Made by a program: the position numbers and the translations under genes | Assembly: GCA_031370005.1 (NCBI GenBank) | Contig: JANMPT010000028.1 | Coordinates: 32,001 to 96,000, forward strand | Source of the DNA: Bdellovibrionales bacterium | Lineage (GTDB): Bacteria; Bdellovibrionota; Bdellovibrionia; Bdellovibrionales; Bdellovibrionaceae | DNA length: 64,000 bases | Direction of reading: 5' to 3' | The notes under the pieces: generated by a model | What the model saw: only the letters and a program-made list of their open reading frames with translations | Databases searched by the model: none | Told to the model about the DNA's origin: nothing | Shown: positions 40,267 to 49,704 of the stretch, in pieces | How the letters are laid out: every line of letters begins with the position of its first letter | How positions within the stretch are numbered: the first letter of the stretch is position 1

Positions 40267-41049
40267 TTAGGCTCTTCCTGACTTCCAAAAAGACAAAGCA
40301 TCCGCTTGATGCCACAGGTCTGGCGGTAAAATCGGTTCCCGCACAATATGTGACAATTCCTTGCGGACTTTGTGCATGCCCTTTAGATTCACGTCTTGAT
40401 CGAATTCATCATAAGAGGCTTCGACGTCGTTAAAGTTATGAGCAAAATAAGGCTCATCTAAAAATTTATAAATATCACGCATCACAGCTTCTGGGGAACG
40501 ACAGAGGTCATCGTAGTTCACCAGCAAAATCATTTCACGCTCGCCGCCGTACACAGCTTGCTTAAGTCCATTTAAGGCAAAACCAATAGTCCTGTCTGGG
40601 CGTAAGAGTGCTGCAGTTCTGGCATACACATCTGCGGACTCTTCGGGGGAAAAAAGCGAACTCACGGAATAAGGATTTTTACGCAAGAGCTGTTCGAAAC
40701 TATCCAAAATCCAAGGGATATCTCGAACACAGCAAATCATTTTGGCTTGAGGATAAACGTCGTGGATTAGTGATGTCATCAAAGTCCACCCACGGTTGGT
40801 ATCAAATGCCACTTCGTGAGAATCCTCATAGTAAGTCTGAAGTAAACTTTTAATTAGCTTACGGCGCTTACTCTCGGGACACTGGGTCCGATAGCCCCCT
40901 TGGGCTTGGGCCTCATTCACAATTGCTCGGACCATTCGCGCGGCCGGTCCTGAAATCGAAGCAGAAAATTTTGGATTCTGATTCAGAACTGTTGAAAGAA
41001 GGGTTGTTCCCGATCGTGGTAAACCAGAAATAAAATGTATTTTCTCCAT
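40267..41049 (-). CDS. Sulfotransferase family protein
   Basis: ISGLPRSGTTLL (5'-PSB loop) and CCVRD...ILDS (3'-PB motif); likely ATG at 41049. Confidence 0.88.
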   Translation of the reverse strand: MEKIHFISGLPRSGTTLLSTVLNQNPKFSASISGPAARMVRAIVNEAQAQGGYRTQCPESKRRKLIKSLLQTYYEDSHEVAFDTNRGWTLMTSLIHDVYPQAKMICCVRDIPWILDSFEQLLRKNPYSVSSLFSPEESADVYARTAALLRPDRTIGFALNGLKQAVYGGEREMILLVNYDDLCRSPEAVMRDIYKFLDEPYFAHNFNDVEASYDEFDQDVNLKGMHKVRKELSHIVREPILPPDLWHQADALSFWKSGRA

Positions 41050-41124
41050 GACCCCACCCCTCAATAATCCCTTAATTATGGCGTGAATTTTGGCGCTGAT
41101 GCAAACTCTATTTAGAGCCAGCAC

Positions 41125-44100
41125 CTATTTGCAAATATATAAATCGCCATTAGAATCCCTGGTGATTGAGCCCGTTAGTCCAGCACAACTTGTCACTCCA
41201 GAAGTAATTACTCCACTATTTCCGGCCAATTGAACAACTGCACTACTAATAACTGTTTTACCAGTACCCGCAGGTGTAAGTGTGACATCATTATTTACAC
41301 CACCGGCTGCAAAGGCCAATGCTCCAGTTCCAGTAATCGAGCCTGTGGCAGTTCCTGTCCCGCCATTAGCAACCGGTAAAATTCCAGTAAGTTGAGTGGC
41401 AGCATCAATAGAGATATTGGCGCAGCTCATGATGTCACCCACTGAGTTGTAAGTCAGAGTTTGATTTGCTCCACAAGAAGATGCAAACATGCTGGCTCCG
41501 GTGACATTTGATCGCAAATCAGTCATGGCAATAAAACCTGAGGCCCAAGCCGTTCCATTCCAACGAAGAGCTTGGCCCGTAGAAGTCCCGGCCGTAATTG
41601 ACACCACTGGAGTTGTTGTCCCAGTAGCTACAGAAATTGGAGCCGTACCACTCACACTTGTTACAGTTCCACTGTTGCCACTTGCCCAACTTAAGTTACC
41701 CGCGCCATCAGTTTGCAAAAACTGACTTGCAGAACCCGCAGTACTTGGAAGAGTCAAAGTCGTATTTGTCACTGTACTTGGATAACGAAGGGAGGCCACA
41801 CCAGCCCCTGCGCCACCAATATCGACTCCTTTAGTAACTGCCACTGAAGCGGCCGTTAATTGCAAAATCTTACTTGCAACCCCAGCTTGGGTTGAATCCA
41901 CTGCTATAGTTCCAGTACTAGTGATCGTGCCGCCAGTGAGACCAGCTCCCGCCACAATACTGGTGACAGTGCCATTGGTACTGCTCACCATATTGGTCCA
42001 AGCACCGTTTTCGTAAGCCTCAAATTTATTCGTATCAGAAGCATAACGTATCATTCCGTTAACACCCACAGTTGGGCGATTAGCAACCGTATCCCGAGGA
42101 ATGATCATGGAGCTCGCAGCAACACCCGTCCCAGTGATATCAAGACGAGTCCCTGTTGTTGGGGATGTTGTGCCGATGCCGACGTTACCGGCAAAATAAG
42201 AGGGCGCAGTCGAGTCAGAAGCATAGACTGACCATTTATTCGTGCCTTGGATAGTTCCAGTATAAACGCCATATGCATTGGTGATTGTGCCAATCGGTTG
42301 TGTTATTGATGATTTCAAACCGTATGCGTTGGTGACAGTGCCAACGCCTACGGTTTGAACCGAGCCATTTAATCCTACCGCAGTCGTGATGTTTCCCGAC
42401 GCCGCGTTAATAATAACTCCACTTAAGCCGTATGCGGTAGTAACCGTGGCAATTCCGCCATTCTGAGCAAGCCCTTGGGCCCCTACCATACTAGGGGTAG
42501 CTATACCACTAGTGTAATAATTGGTGAAGTTAGCCGTTACACCGGATGAACCATTATTGGCGGTGTCATAGACCACGAAAGGAGAATTTGGCGTCGTTAT
42601 CCCAATCCCGACATTACCCCCCATAAAAGTTGCAGCATACCCAGCCCCAGCTTGAGTCACAGCAAGCGCAGTAGAGGCACTGCTTGAGTTATTTACCAAA
42701 GGCCCTGTCATTGTATCCCCAGCCTTAGCAACATAACCAGTAGCAACTGAGGCACTAGTAACTAAATCAGAGTAGGCCCCGCCGTTTTGTGAAGCTTTAA
42801 AGGTGTTGGATGTGGAATCAAAATAAATTCTGCCTTGTGTAGCAGGGGATAGGGCGGGGGCCACCATTCCCCGTTGGGTGATAGCGCCATTGATATCTAG
42901 GATCGAAGCTGGGGCTGTCGTGCCGATACCGACGTTGCCGTTATTTTTAATCGTCATCACCGAATTACTCAGCGTCGGAGTACTTGAATCAAGGGCAGAG
43001 TTTTGTAAAAAGTGAAAATCGCCTGTATTCCACGTCCCTGAGGTTTGATAAACAAGAGCGCCTTTTCCGCGATTGGGCGCAGGGTTACCCCCACCATCAC
43101 CATCAACTGAAAATAATATTCCCGTTCCACCGTTTATTCCATAATTGTCTAATTTTAATGAATAAGTAACACCTGCCACGGATTCTGCAATATGAAGTTT
43201 TTGTTGCGGAGTCGTGGTCCCAATTCCGACATTTCCAGAACTAAGAATAGTCATTCTTTCGGTGTTATTTGTTATGAATCCCAGATCAAAGTTATCAATA
43301 TTACCGATAGTTGATTTTGCACCAAAGCTATTACCGTTTTTTGCCCAACCAGTTGTTGAAGTCAATCCCGCAACCCAGCTCATATTTCCGGAAGCATCTG
43401 ATTGCAGACTTTGACCAGCACTTGGGGCCGCTGCTGGCCACTTTAATCCATATGTAGAGCTTGCTGCTTGCGCTGATAAAGTAACTGTTCCTGTATTTGT
43501 GAGCGCTAGGCCAGCGGCCGTTGCAACACCAGTTCCGTCTAGAGACAATAATTTATTTGATTGCCCCGTGGTGGTTTTGTTGGCAGTCACGACACCCGCA
43601 TTGCTGATTGTTGCATCCCCTGACATACTCACGGCTGTGGCTACGTTTGAAGCGTTACCAAGCCACATAAGACCATTATTAAGACCTGGCAAAGATGCTG
43701 CTGGAGCTGCCCAGCTTAAGTTACCCGCGCCATCAGTTTGCAAGAACTGACTTGCAGAACCCGCAGTCGGCGGAAGAGTCAAAGTGGTATTCGTTGCCGT
43801 GTTTGGATAGCGGATAGAGGCGACACCTGTGCCCGCACCACCAATGTCCTCACCTTTTGTTACGGCCACTGAGCCCGCTGTTAATTGCAAAATCTTACTG
43901 GCCGCTGCAGCTTGAGTTTTATCCACAGTCACCACACCACCAGAACTCATTGTGGCATCGCCTGATAAGGCAAACTCTTGGGCCTTGCTGCCAACGTCAC
44001 CGATCCAGATTTTTGTTGGTGACAGCGTGGCTGTATTTGTAACTGCTCCCAATTTAGTATTAAAGCTATCGTAGTCTGTCTTACTAATAAGACCAGCAGT

Positions 44101-45702
44101 GACTGCTGCTGTGGAAGCCATCGGGATATTCAAAGTGTGAGTGCTAGGAGCAGTAGTAAAGGCCGGAGCCGTGCCACTTGTGCCAATTGCAAATGTTTGG
44201 GTACCAGAGGTCAAGCCATTGAGTGAGGTAATGCCTGCCCCTGCGACTCCGAGAGCTTTTACTGCAGTTCCATCGTAGTACTTAATAACATTTGAAGTGG
44301 AGTTATACCAAACCTGACCTGTGGCCGGAATCACTGGATCCGCAGCATTGCTTGAAAGACCAAAGGTCTTACTCGCCGCCATTGAAATATTACCAGTATT
44401 GCTAATATCAAAGCCACCCATATTGAGGGCTCCACCCATGGTGTCCCCAGCTTTATTCACTGGAGTATAACCAAGAGCTGTTGTGATATCACCAGAAGCC
44501 AAATTAGAGCCGGAGGTCACACGACCCTGAGCATCCGTTGTGACTTTGTAGTAGGTTCCGGCCGTGCCCGTGTTTTTTAAAGTCACAGCTCCAGAGTTGG
44601 CCATAGTTGCGTCACCTGACATCGCCACGGCGGTGGCGACGTTTGAGCCATTACCGACCCAGATGCTGCCAGAAGTTAATGAAGATCCAATTTTAGAATT
44701 AAATATATTCCAATCCGCAGAAGTTAAGTAACCATTTGTGGTGGTGTTTGCCGCCGGAATATTAATAATAGGAGCTGCTGCTGTACCAGTGACAGTAAGA
44801 GGTGCTGTTGCCGACACACTCGTTACAGAACCAGAACCTAAAGATTGCAAAACCCAAGATGTTCCGTTTGAAACCAAAGCCTGACCATTCGTCGGGGCTC
44901 CTCCTGGAAGAGCCTGGCCTAATATTGTTGTCACTTTATTATTACCACTTACAACAGTCACATCACCAGTTACCGGAAGATAGGCAGCACTCGGATTGTT
45001 CACGAGACGGAAGAATTCAGCTAGTTTTGTGGCATTCAAGTCACTATTAACAGGACTGACAATTGTTGGATCGATTCTCAACAAATGATTTTGATCATAG
45101 CCATTTACTTTACTGGAATCAAAAGCCTGAAGGGCCATGGGAACCGGAGTGACTCTTAATGGAGGAAGAGCTTGGTCAGCGCCAGTGGCTCCAATTCTGA
45201 AGTAAATACCAAGGACACGGCCCTCGTTAGGATCCGTGGATGTTCCTGGATTATAAGCGGTGCTCACACAATTTGGCGAAGGGTCTAACCCTGTAAAACT
45301 TTTATTGTTATTAAAAACATCAGCAAGACTTTTAGGACCGCCAGCTAGCGGATTGTTAAAAGACGGTGTTCCATAAAGTGTCGTTGAATCGTTAGAGCCG
45401 ATTTCAAAAGAAAAGGTCCCAGCTGAATTGGACAAGTCGACTTTGCGTTGCTCAGTATAAAGCCAACATTTTTGATCAGGATCATAAACAGTAATAGTAA
45501 AGATAACTTGACTAGAAACAACGGGTACATCATTTGAGTCCAGAATTCGACCAGTATATGTAATTCCTGAAGTTGGAGCCACCGCCAAGGACTGCTGAGT
45601 AAACAGTAGTAAGAATAAAATAACAGCCGTCTTGATGGAATTTGGTGAATTTGTAATTATTCGACGAAGATTTATACACGTACAGCTAATAAGTGTTTTC
45701 AT
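41125..45702 (-). CDS. Mosaic fibre adhesin (MAT-like), 1525 aa, lacking a C-terminal S74 domain
   Basis: Signal peptide, GITYTGRILD N-domain, repeated GTVTSV / GNVGIGTT fibre motifs, and an internal duplication (about 41683-41902 vs 43706-43926). Confidence 0.9.
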   Translation of the reverse strand: MKTLISCTCINLRRIITNSPNSIKTAVILFLLLFTQQSLAVAPTSGITYTGRILDSNDVPVVSSQVIFTITVYDPDQKCWLYTEQRKVDLSNSAGTFSFEIGSNDSTTLYGTPSFNNPLAGGPKSLADVFNNNKSFTGLDPSPNCVSTAYNPGTSTDPNEGRVLGIYFRIGATGADQALPPLRVTPVPMALQAFDSSKVNGYDQNHLLRIDPTIVSPVNSDLNATKLAEFFRLVNNPSAAYLPVTGDVTVVSGNNKVTTILGQALPGGAPTNGQALVSNGTSWVLQSLGSGSVTSVSATAPLTVTGTAAAPIINIPAANTTTNGYLTSADWNIFNSKIGSSLTSGSIWVGNGSNVATAVAMSGDATMANSGAVTLKNTGTAGTYYKVTTDAQGRVTSGSNLASGDITTALGYTPVNKAGDTMGGALNMGGFDISNTGNISMAASKTFGLSSNAADPVIPATGQVWYNSTSNVIKYYDGTAVKALGVAGAGITSLNGLTSGTQTFAIGTSGTAPAFTTAPSTHTLNIPMASTAAVTAGLISKTDYDSFNTKLGAVTNTATLSPTKIWIGDVGSKAQEFALSGDATMSSGGVVTVDKTQAAAASKILQLTAGSVAVTKGEDIGGAGTGVASIRYPNTATNTTLTLPPTAGSASQFLQTDGAGNLSWAAPAASLPGLNNGLMWLGNASNVATAVSMSGDATISNAGVVTANKTTTGQSNKLLSLDGTGVATAAGLALTNTGTVTLSAQAASSTYGLKWPAAAPSAGQSLQSDASGNMSWVAGLTSTTGWAKNGNSFGAKSTIGNIDNFDLGFITNNTERMTILSSGNVGIGTTTPQQKLHIAESVAGVTYSLKLDNYGINGGTGILFSVDGDGGGNPAPNRGKGALVYQTSGTWNTGDFHFLQNSALDSSTPTLSNSVMTIKNNGNVGIGTTAPASILDINGAITQRGMVAPALSPATQGRIYFDSTSNTFKASQNGGAYSDLVTSASVATGYVAKAGDTMTGPLVNNSSSASTALAVTQAGAGYAATFMGGNVGIGITTPNSPFVVYDTANNGSSGVTANFTNYYTSGIATPSMVGAQGLAQNGGIATVTTAYGLSGVIINAASGNITTAVGLNGSVQTVGVGTVTNAYGLKSSITQPIGTITNAYGVYTGTIQGTNKWSVYASDSTAPSYFAGNVGIGTTSPTTGTRLDITGTGVAASSMIIPRDTVANRPTVGVNGMIRYASDTNKFEAYENGAWTNMVSSTNGTVTSIVAGAGLTGGTITSTGTIAVDSTQAGVASKILQLTAASVAVTKGVDIGGAGAGVASLRYPSTVTNTTLTLPSTAGSASQFLQTDGAGNLSWASGNSGTVTSVSGTAPISVATGTTTPVVSITAGTSTGQALRWNGTAWASGFIAMTDLRSNVTGASMFASSCGANQTLTYNSVGDIMSCANISIDAATQLTGILPVANGGTGTATGSITGTGALAFAAGGVNNDVTLTPAGTGKTVISSAVVQLAGNSGVITSGVTSCAGLTGSITRDSNGDLYICK

Positions 45703-45709
45703 ATGTTAA

Positions 45710-45737
45710 AGATCGGCAAAGATTAGACCTTTCTAAA
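45710..45737 (-). promoter_or_regulatory. FliA/sigma28-like promoter of the fibre operon
   Basis: TTTAG-N15-GCCGATCT, 7 nt upstream of the ATG. Confidence 0.55.
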
Positions 45738-46240
45738 GAGGGCTTTTATTTTTTTTCTGGGGACCAGCCTATATTCGATTTAAAAATGAAATTCTTATTT
45801 TGAGATTTCTCGCTTTGAGAAAATCCAGCTATGAAACACGCAACACCCAGGCACCGTCTCGGAGTTCAAAGGCTAAAATTTTCTCGCCTTCACAGCCAAA
45901 TAAAGCAACGTCCAAGACTTTCATGACTCAAGCCAATTTTTTAACAAGGAGTTCCCATGAGCATTCAAGGTACTATCAAAAATTTAGTGAAAGTGTTTTT
46001 AGGTTTCCGCAGAAGATGATCGCCGATCTTCGCGGTAGAGCACTCACAGGTGCCTCCACCAGTTGGCATTGCCCTTCGATCTTCAGCAAGAATGCTTGCA
46101 AGGAGTATAATCCCAAGAACTATAAGTGAGAATTTCATGCCGATTCCAATAGGCCATTTTTCTAAGCAGATTCAACGGGTTCCTGCTCGCCAAACCCATG
46201 TTATATTGAAAGATTGAGCTGAGTGTCTTGTTTAATATAA

Positions 46241-46268
46241 TTGACATTTATATTTATATGTAGATAAT
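46241..46268 (+). promoter_or_regulatory. Sigma70 promoter of abiEi, likely leaderless
   Basis: TTGACA-N16-GATAAT-N7-ATG. Confidence 0.65.
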
Positions 46269-46275
46269 AGTAAAC

Positions 46276-46917
46276 ATGGCAGCAAAGCGACAACCCTATC
46301 TTTACAAGAAAAACAAGTTGGCTTTAGGCTTGAAAAAGGCACTCACGCTTATCGAGAAGGGAGGGGGCATTATTCGCACCTCCGAAGCCATGGATTTGGG
46401 CGTTCATGCCGTCAGTCTATATCGTCTTCGTGACCAAGGCTTGATTGAACAAATAAGTCGCGGAGTTTTTCGTCTCAGCTCCCTTCCTTCAATTGCGAAT
46501 CCTGACCTCATCACTGTGGCTAAAAGGATTCCAAAGGGAGTCGTTTGCTTGATTTCAGCACTGGCCTTCCACGGCCTGACGACTCAGATTCCCAGGCATG
46601 TCTTTGTCGCCCTCCCTCGTCAAACTATGAAGCCACGGCTACAATATCCGCCGATAAGAATATTCTGGTATTCGACCAAAGCGATAAAAAATGGAGTTGA
46701 AATTCATAGGCTCGACGGAGTCCCTGTATCAATTTTCAGTGCTGAAAAATCTGTCGCAGATGCATTTAAATACCGTAACAAAATTGGCTTTGACGTGGCG
46801 CTAGAGGCGCTCCGGATGTGGCGACGAAAAAAAGGTGACCTCGATGGGCTTCTTAAATTCGCAAAAATTTGCCGGGTTGAAAAGGTGATGAGACCCTACC
46901 TGGAGGCAATACTTTGA
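46276..46917 (+). CDS. abiEi: Type IV TA antitoxin AbiEi
   Basis: wHTH (IEQISRGVF), VCLISALAFHGLTTQIP, EKSVADAFKYRNKIG. Confidence 0.9.
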   Translation: MAAKRQPYLYKKNKLALGLKKALTLIEKGGGIIRTSEAMDLGVHAVSLYRLRDQGLIEQISRGVFRLSSLPSIANPDLITVAKRIPKGVVCLISALAFHGLTTQIPRHVFVALPRQTMKPRLQYPPIRIFWYSTKAIKNGVEIHRLDGVPVSIFSAEKSVADAFKYRNKIGFDVALEALRMWRRKKGDLDGLLKFAKICRVEKVMRPYLEAIL

Positions 46918-47612
46918 AAAAGAATATTTCGGCCTCAGTGAGAGACCGCCTTGCTACGTTAGCAAAAAAGACTGACCGGCCATTCAATGAGGTACTTGTT
47001 TATTATGGAATCGAGAGATTTCTTTATCGACTCGGACGGTCTGAATTTGAAAAGAAATTTGTTTTGAAGGGTGCCCTCATGATCCAAGTTTGGTCGCAAG
47101 AAATGGCAAGAGCAACCCAGGATGTTGATTTTCTTGGACGTATGAAAAATGACCTTGATGGAATTGCCCGAGCTCTCAAGATTGTGTGTGAGACGCCGCC
47201 TGAAGTCGACGATGGTTTGCGCTTTTCATCTGAATCAATCAAGTTGGAGCGTATTCAGGAGCAAGAGGGATACGAAGGTGTACGTGCTTTCTTAGTTGCC
47301 CATCTTGGCCAAGCAAGAATTCCGATTCAGATTGATATCGGATTCGGCGATCCGGTTGTTCCGTCACCATCAAGAGTTGAATACCCGACGCTGCTTGATT
47401 TTCCTGCGCCAAAGATCACTGGCTATCCGCGCGAAAGCGCAATCGCAGAAAAAGTTCAAGCTATGATCCGATTTAAAATTCTGAATAGTCGGATGAAAGA
47501 TTTCTATGACATTTGGCTCTTGGCGCGAAGCTTTGACTTTGATGGCGATGTTCTTTTCACGGCAATCAAACTAGTATATCGACGTAAGCCCCACCATTTT
47601 GCGAAGCTTTAA
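46914..47612 (+). pseudogene. abiEii: AbiEii nucleotidyltransferase toxin, 3'-truncated at ~47570
   Basis: FVLKGA, RATQDVDF, IDIGFGD, AEK, NSRMKDFYD. After ...TAIK the sequence switches to antisense fibre DNA. Confidence 0.8.
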
Positions 47613-47797
47613 AGGTGTTGGATGTGGAATCAAAATAAATTCGGCCTTGTGTCGCAGGGGAAAGGGCCGGTGCCGCCATTCCGCGTTGGGTGAAGGCGCC
47701 GTTGATATCTAGGATGGAACTGGGTGCTGTCGTCCCAATACCAACAGTGCCCGCAACATCCAACTTAGCGCCCGGACCTGTAGTTCCTATCCCGACG
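47570..47797 (-). pseudogene. Orphan fibre-gene fragment B
   Basis: VGIGTTAPSSILDINGAFTQRGMAAPALSPATQGRIYFDSTSNTFKASQNGGAY, homologous to about 42770-42935. Confidence 0.9.
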
Positions 47798-47798
47798 A

Positions 47799-47827
47799 TT
47801 GACAAAGCTCCGGAAATGCACGACAAT
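47799..47827 (+). promoter_or_regulatory. Sigma70 promoter with imperfect inverted repeat
   Basis: TTGACA-N17-GACAAT-N8-ATG; ctccggaaat...atttcggag. Confidence 0.65.
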
Positions 47828-47835
47828 TTCGGAGT

Positions 47836-48996
47836 ATGGTCAATAGAATTCAAAAATTAAGTAAAACCAATAACTTATTCCTGTTTGGCGCAAGGGGATG
47901 CGGTAAATCCACGCTGTTAAAGGAACTCTTCCCAAGGTCAAAGACGCTCTGGATTGATCTGCTCACTGCGCAGGATGAAGAGCGTTTTCGCCGGGATCCT
48001 GATCAATTGTCTTATTTAATTGAAAGCCAAAAACCCAAAAGAGTCATCCTGGATGAAGTTCAAAAAATTCCAAAGCTCCTCGACATTGTTCACCGTCAGA
48101 TCGAACTGAATCCTGATTTGCAGTTTGTATTAACAGGTTCAAGTGCTCGAAAGCTGAAGCGGGGTGCGGCCAATCTTCTTGCTGGGCGGGCGATCGAGTA
48201 TTTTCTCTTTCCGCTGACGACTTCAGAACTAGGTTCTCGGTTTCAGCTGAGTGAGGTTTTGCGTTTTGGAAGTCTGCCGAAGCTTCTTCACCTGGCTTCA
48301 GAAGAAGAGAAATCCGATTACCTGCGGACTTATGCACGGACCTATCTCAAAGAGGAAATTCTGCAAGAACAAATTATCAGAAACATCGATCCATTCCAAG
48401 ACTTCCTCGAGGTGGCCGCGCAAACGAACGGCAAAATTTTAAGTTATTCAAAAATTTCGCGAGATTTGGGGGTCGATGACAAGACTGTGAAAAACTACTT
48501 CTCTGTCTTGGCGGACACCTACGTCGGATTTTTCCTTCCTTCCTTTCATCGCTCGATCCGCAAACGCCAGCGGGAAGCTCCCAAATTTTATTTTTTTGAT
48601 TTGGGCGTCAAGCGCGCCTTGGAAAGGAATCTGTCTGTCGATTTGAATTCAAGTTCCTATGCTTTTGGTGAAGCCTTTGAAACCTGGGTCGTACAAGAAT
48701 GTTTTCGCTTGAACGAGTATTTTAAGAGGGATTTTCGATTGTCTTATCTCCGCACACAATCCGATGTCGAAATTGACTTGATTCTTGAAAGACCAGGTCA
48801 ACCTGATTTACTGGTCGAGATTAAGTCGACCGGCTTCCTCCGTGAGGAGGATGTGAAATCAATTTCCAAAATAGCCAACGCCTGGGATCGCCCATGCCAA
48901 AGCCAAGTCTGGTCACAAGATCCAAGTTCAAAAACAATTCTTGGCGTTGAGTGCTTGAGTTGGAGAATTGGACTTCGCGATGCCTTCGAGAAATAA
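47836..48996 (+). CDS. AAA+ ATPase with DUF4143 / PD-(D/E)xK tail
   Basis: GARGCGKST, LDEVQ, TGSS, PKFYFFDLG, EIDL...VEIKS. Confidence 0.9.
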   Translation: MVNRIQKLSKTNNLFLFGARGCGKSTLLKELFPRSKTLWIDLLTAQDEERFRRDPDQLSYLIESQKPKRVILDEVQKIPKLLDIVHRQIELNPDLQFVLTGSSARKLKRGAANLLAGRAIEYFLFPLTTSELGSRFQLSEVLRFGSLPKLLHLASEEEKSDYLRTYARTYLKEEILQEQIIRNIDPFQDFLEVAAQTNGKILSYSKISRDLGVDDKTVKNYFSVLADTYVGFFLPSFHRSIRKRQREAPKFYFFDLGVKRALERNLSVDLNSSSYAFGEAFETWVVQECFRLNEYFKRDFRLSYLRTQSDVEIDLILERPGQPDLLVEIKSTGFLREEDVKSISKIANAWDRPCQSQVWSQDPSSKTILGVECLSWRIGLRDAFEK

Positions 48997-49239
48997 GTAT
49001 CGACACGAGAATTTAGCGAACTCAGTTGTTTGCCATTGATAAAAAATATGTTATCTTTAGTTAAGAAGATGCCGATCATTATTTTCAAATATACAGTGCA
49101 TACTTTTTGGTTTTGAGAATGACAGAAGCCGTTGAGAACTTTATCCATCGTAAAAACACGTAGGCCAAAAAAGCCAGTGAATCTGCAATGTTGGATCGCA
49201 ATAAGGTGTGGTATATTGTTCTTAGAAAGTGAGGAATTT

Positions 49240-49440
49240 ATGAATGAAAAAAAGAAGTCTTTTAAAACTTTATCTGAGGACATAAAAGCTCGTCGGAACA
49301 GTCCCATTCCAAAAGAAAAAGTAGATGCATTCAACAAAATCATGGAAGAAGAGGACCGTCTTCGCCAGGAAGATGAAAAAAATAACTCTGACAAAGCTGG
49401 CAAGAAAAAAATCGCAAGCCAATCTGAGATTGGCGTTTAA
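49240..49440 (+). CDS. Small charged protein, putative partner/antitoxin of the PIN gene
   Basis: GAGGA RBS and an upstream TGTGGTATATT extended -10; ends 3 nt before the PIN gene. Confidence 0.55.
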   Translation: MNEKKKSFKTLSEDIKARRNSPIPKEKVDAFNKIMEEEDRLRQEDEKNNSDKAGKKKIASQSEIGV

Positions 49441-49443
49441 AAC

Positions 49444-49704
49444 ATGGGTCGCGTAATCGCTTTTTCCGAATTTACCTCTTACATGAAGGAACTCTCAAAA
49501 GGGGCAAGCGAGTTTGTGCGCGGAACTATTCTTGATACAAATATTTTGATTTCACTCACCTATGAAATCAAATCTGACAATGATGCCGTCATTGAATTTG
49601 TTGATGCTCTTGAAGATCACGGAATTAAGCTATTTACGACAGTCAGCACAAGATCAGAATACCTCGATTTTAATCGCCGAATGACAAGGGGCCGCCCAAC
49701 TTAA
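49444..49704 (+). pseudogene. PIN-domain protein, 3'-truncated at ~49687
   Basis: ILDTNILI and T..TRSE motifs, after which the frame runs into antisense fibre DNA. Confidence 0.7.

Noticed and set aside
39058..45702. Diversity-generating retroelement acting on the fibre or RCC1 genes
   Set aside because: No reverse transcriptase in the window, and the differences between repeat copies are mostly synonymous and not adenine-specific.
1..45702. Prophage suggested by tail-fibre/S74 domains
   Set aside because: No capsid, terminase, portal or integrase; the complete fibre has a signal peptide and both lie among housekeeping genes.
48798..49403. 201-aa minus-strand ORF
   Set aside because: It overlaps two better-supported plus-strand genes and has no recognisable motif.
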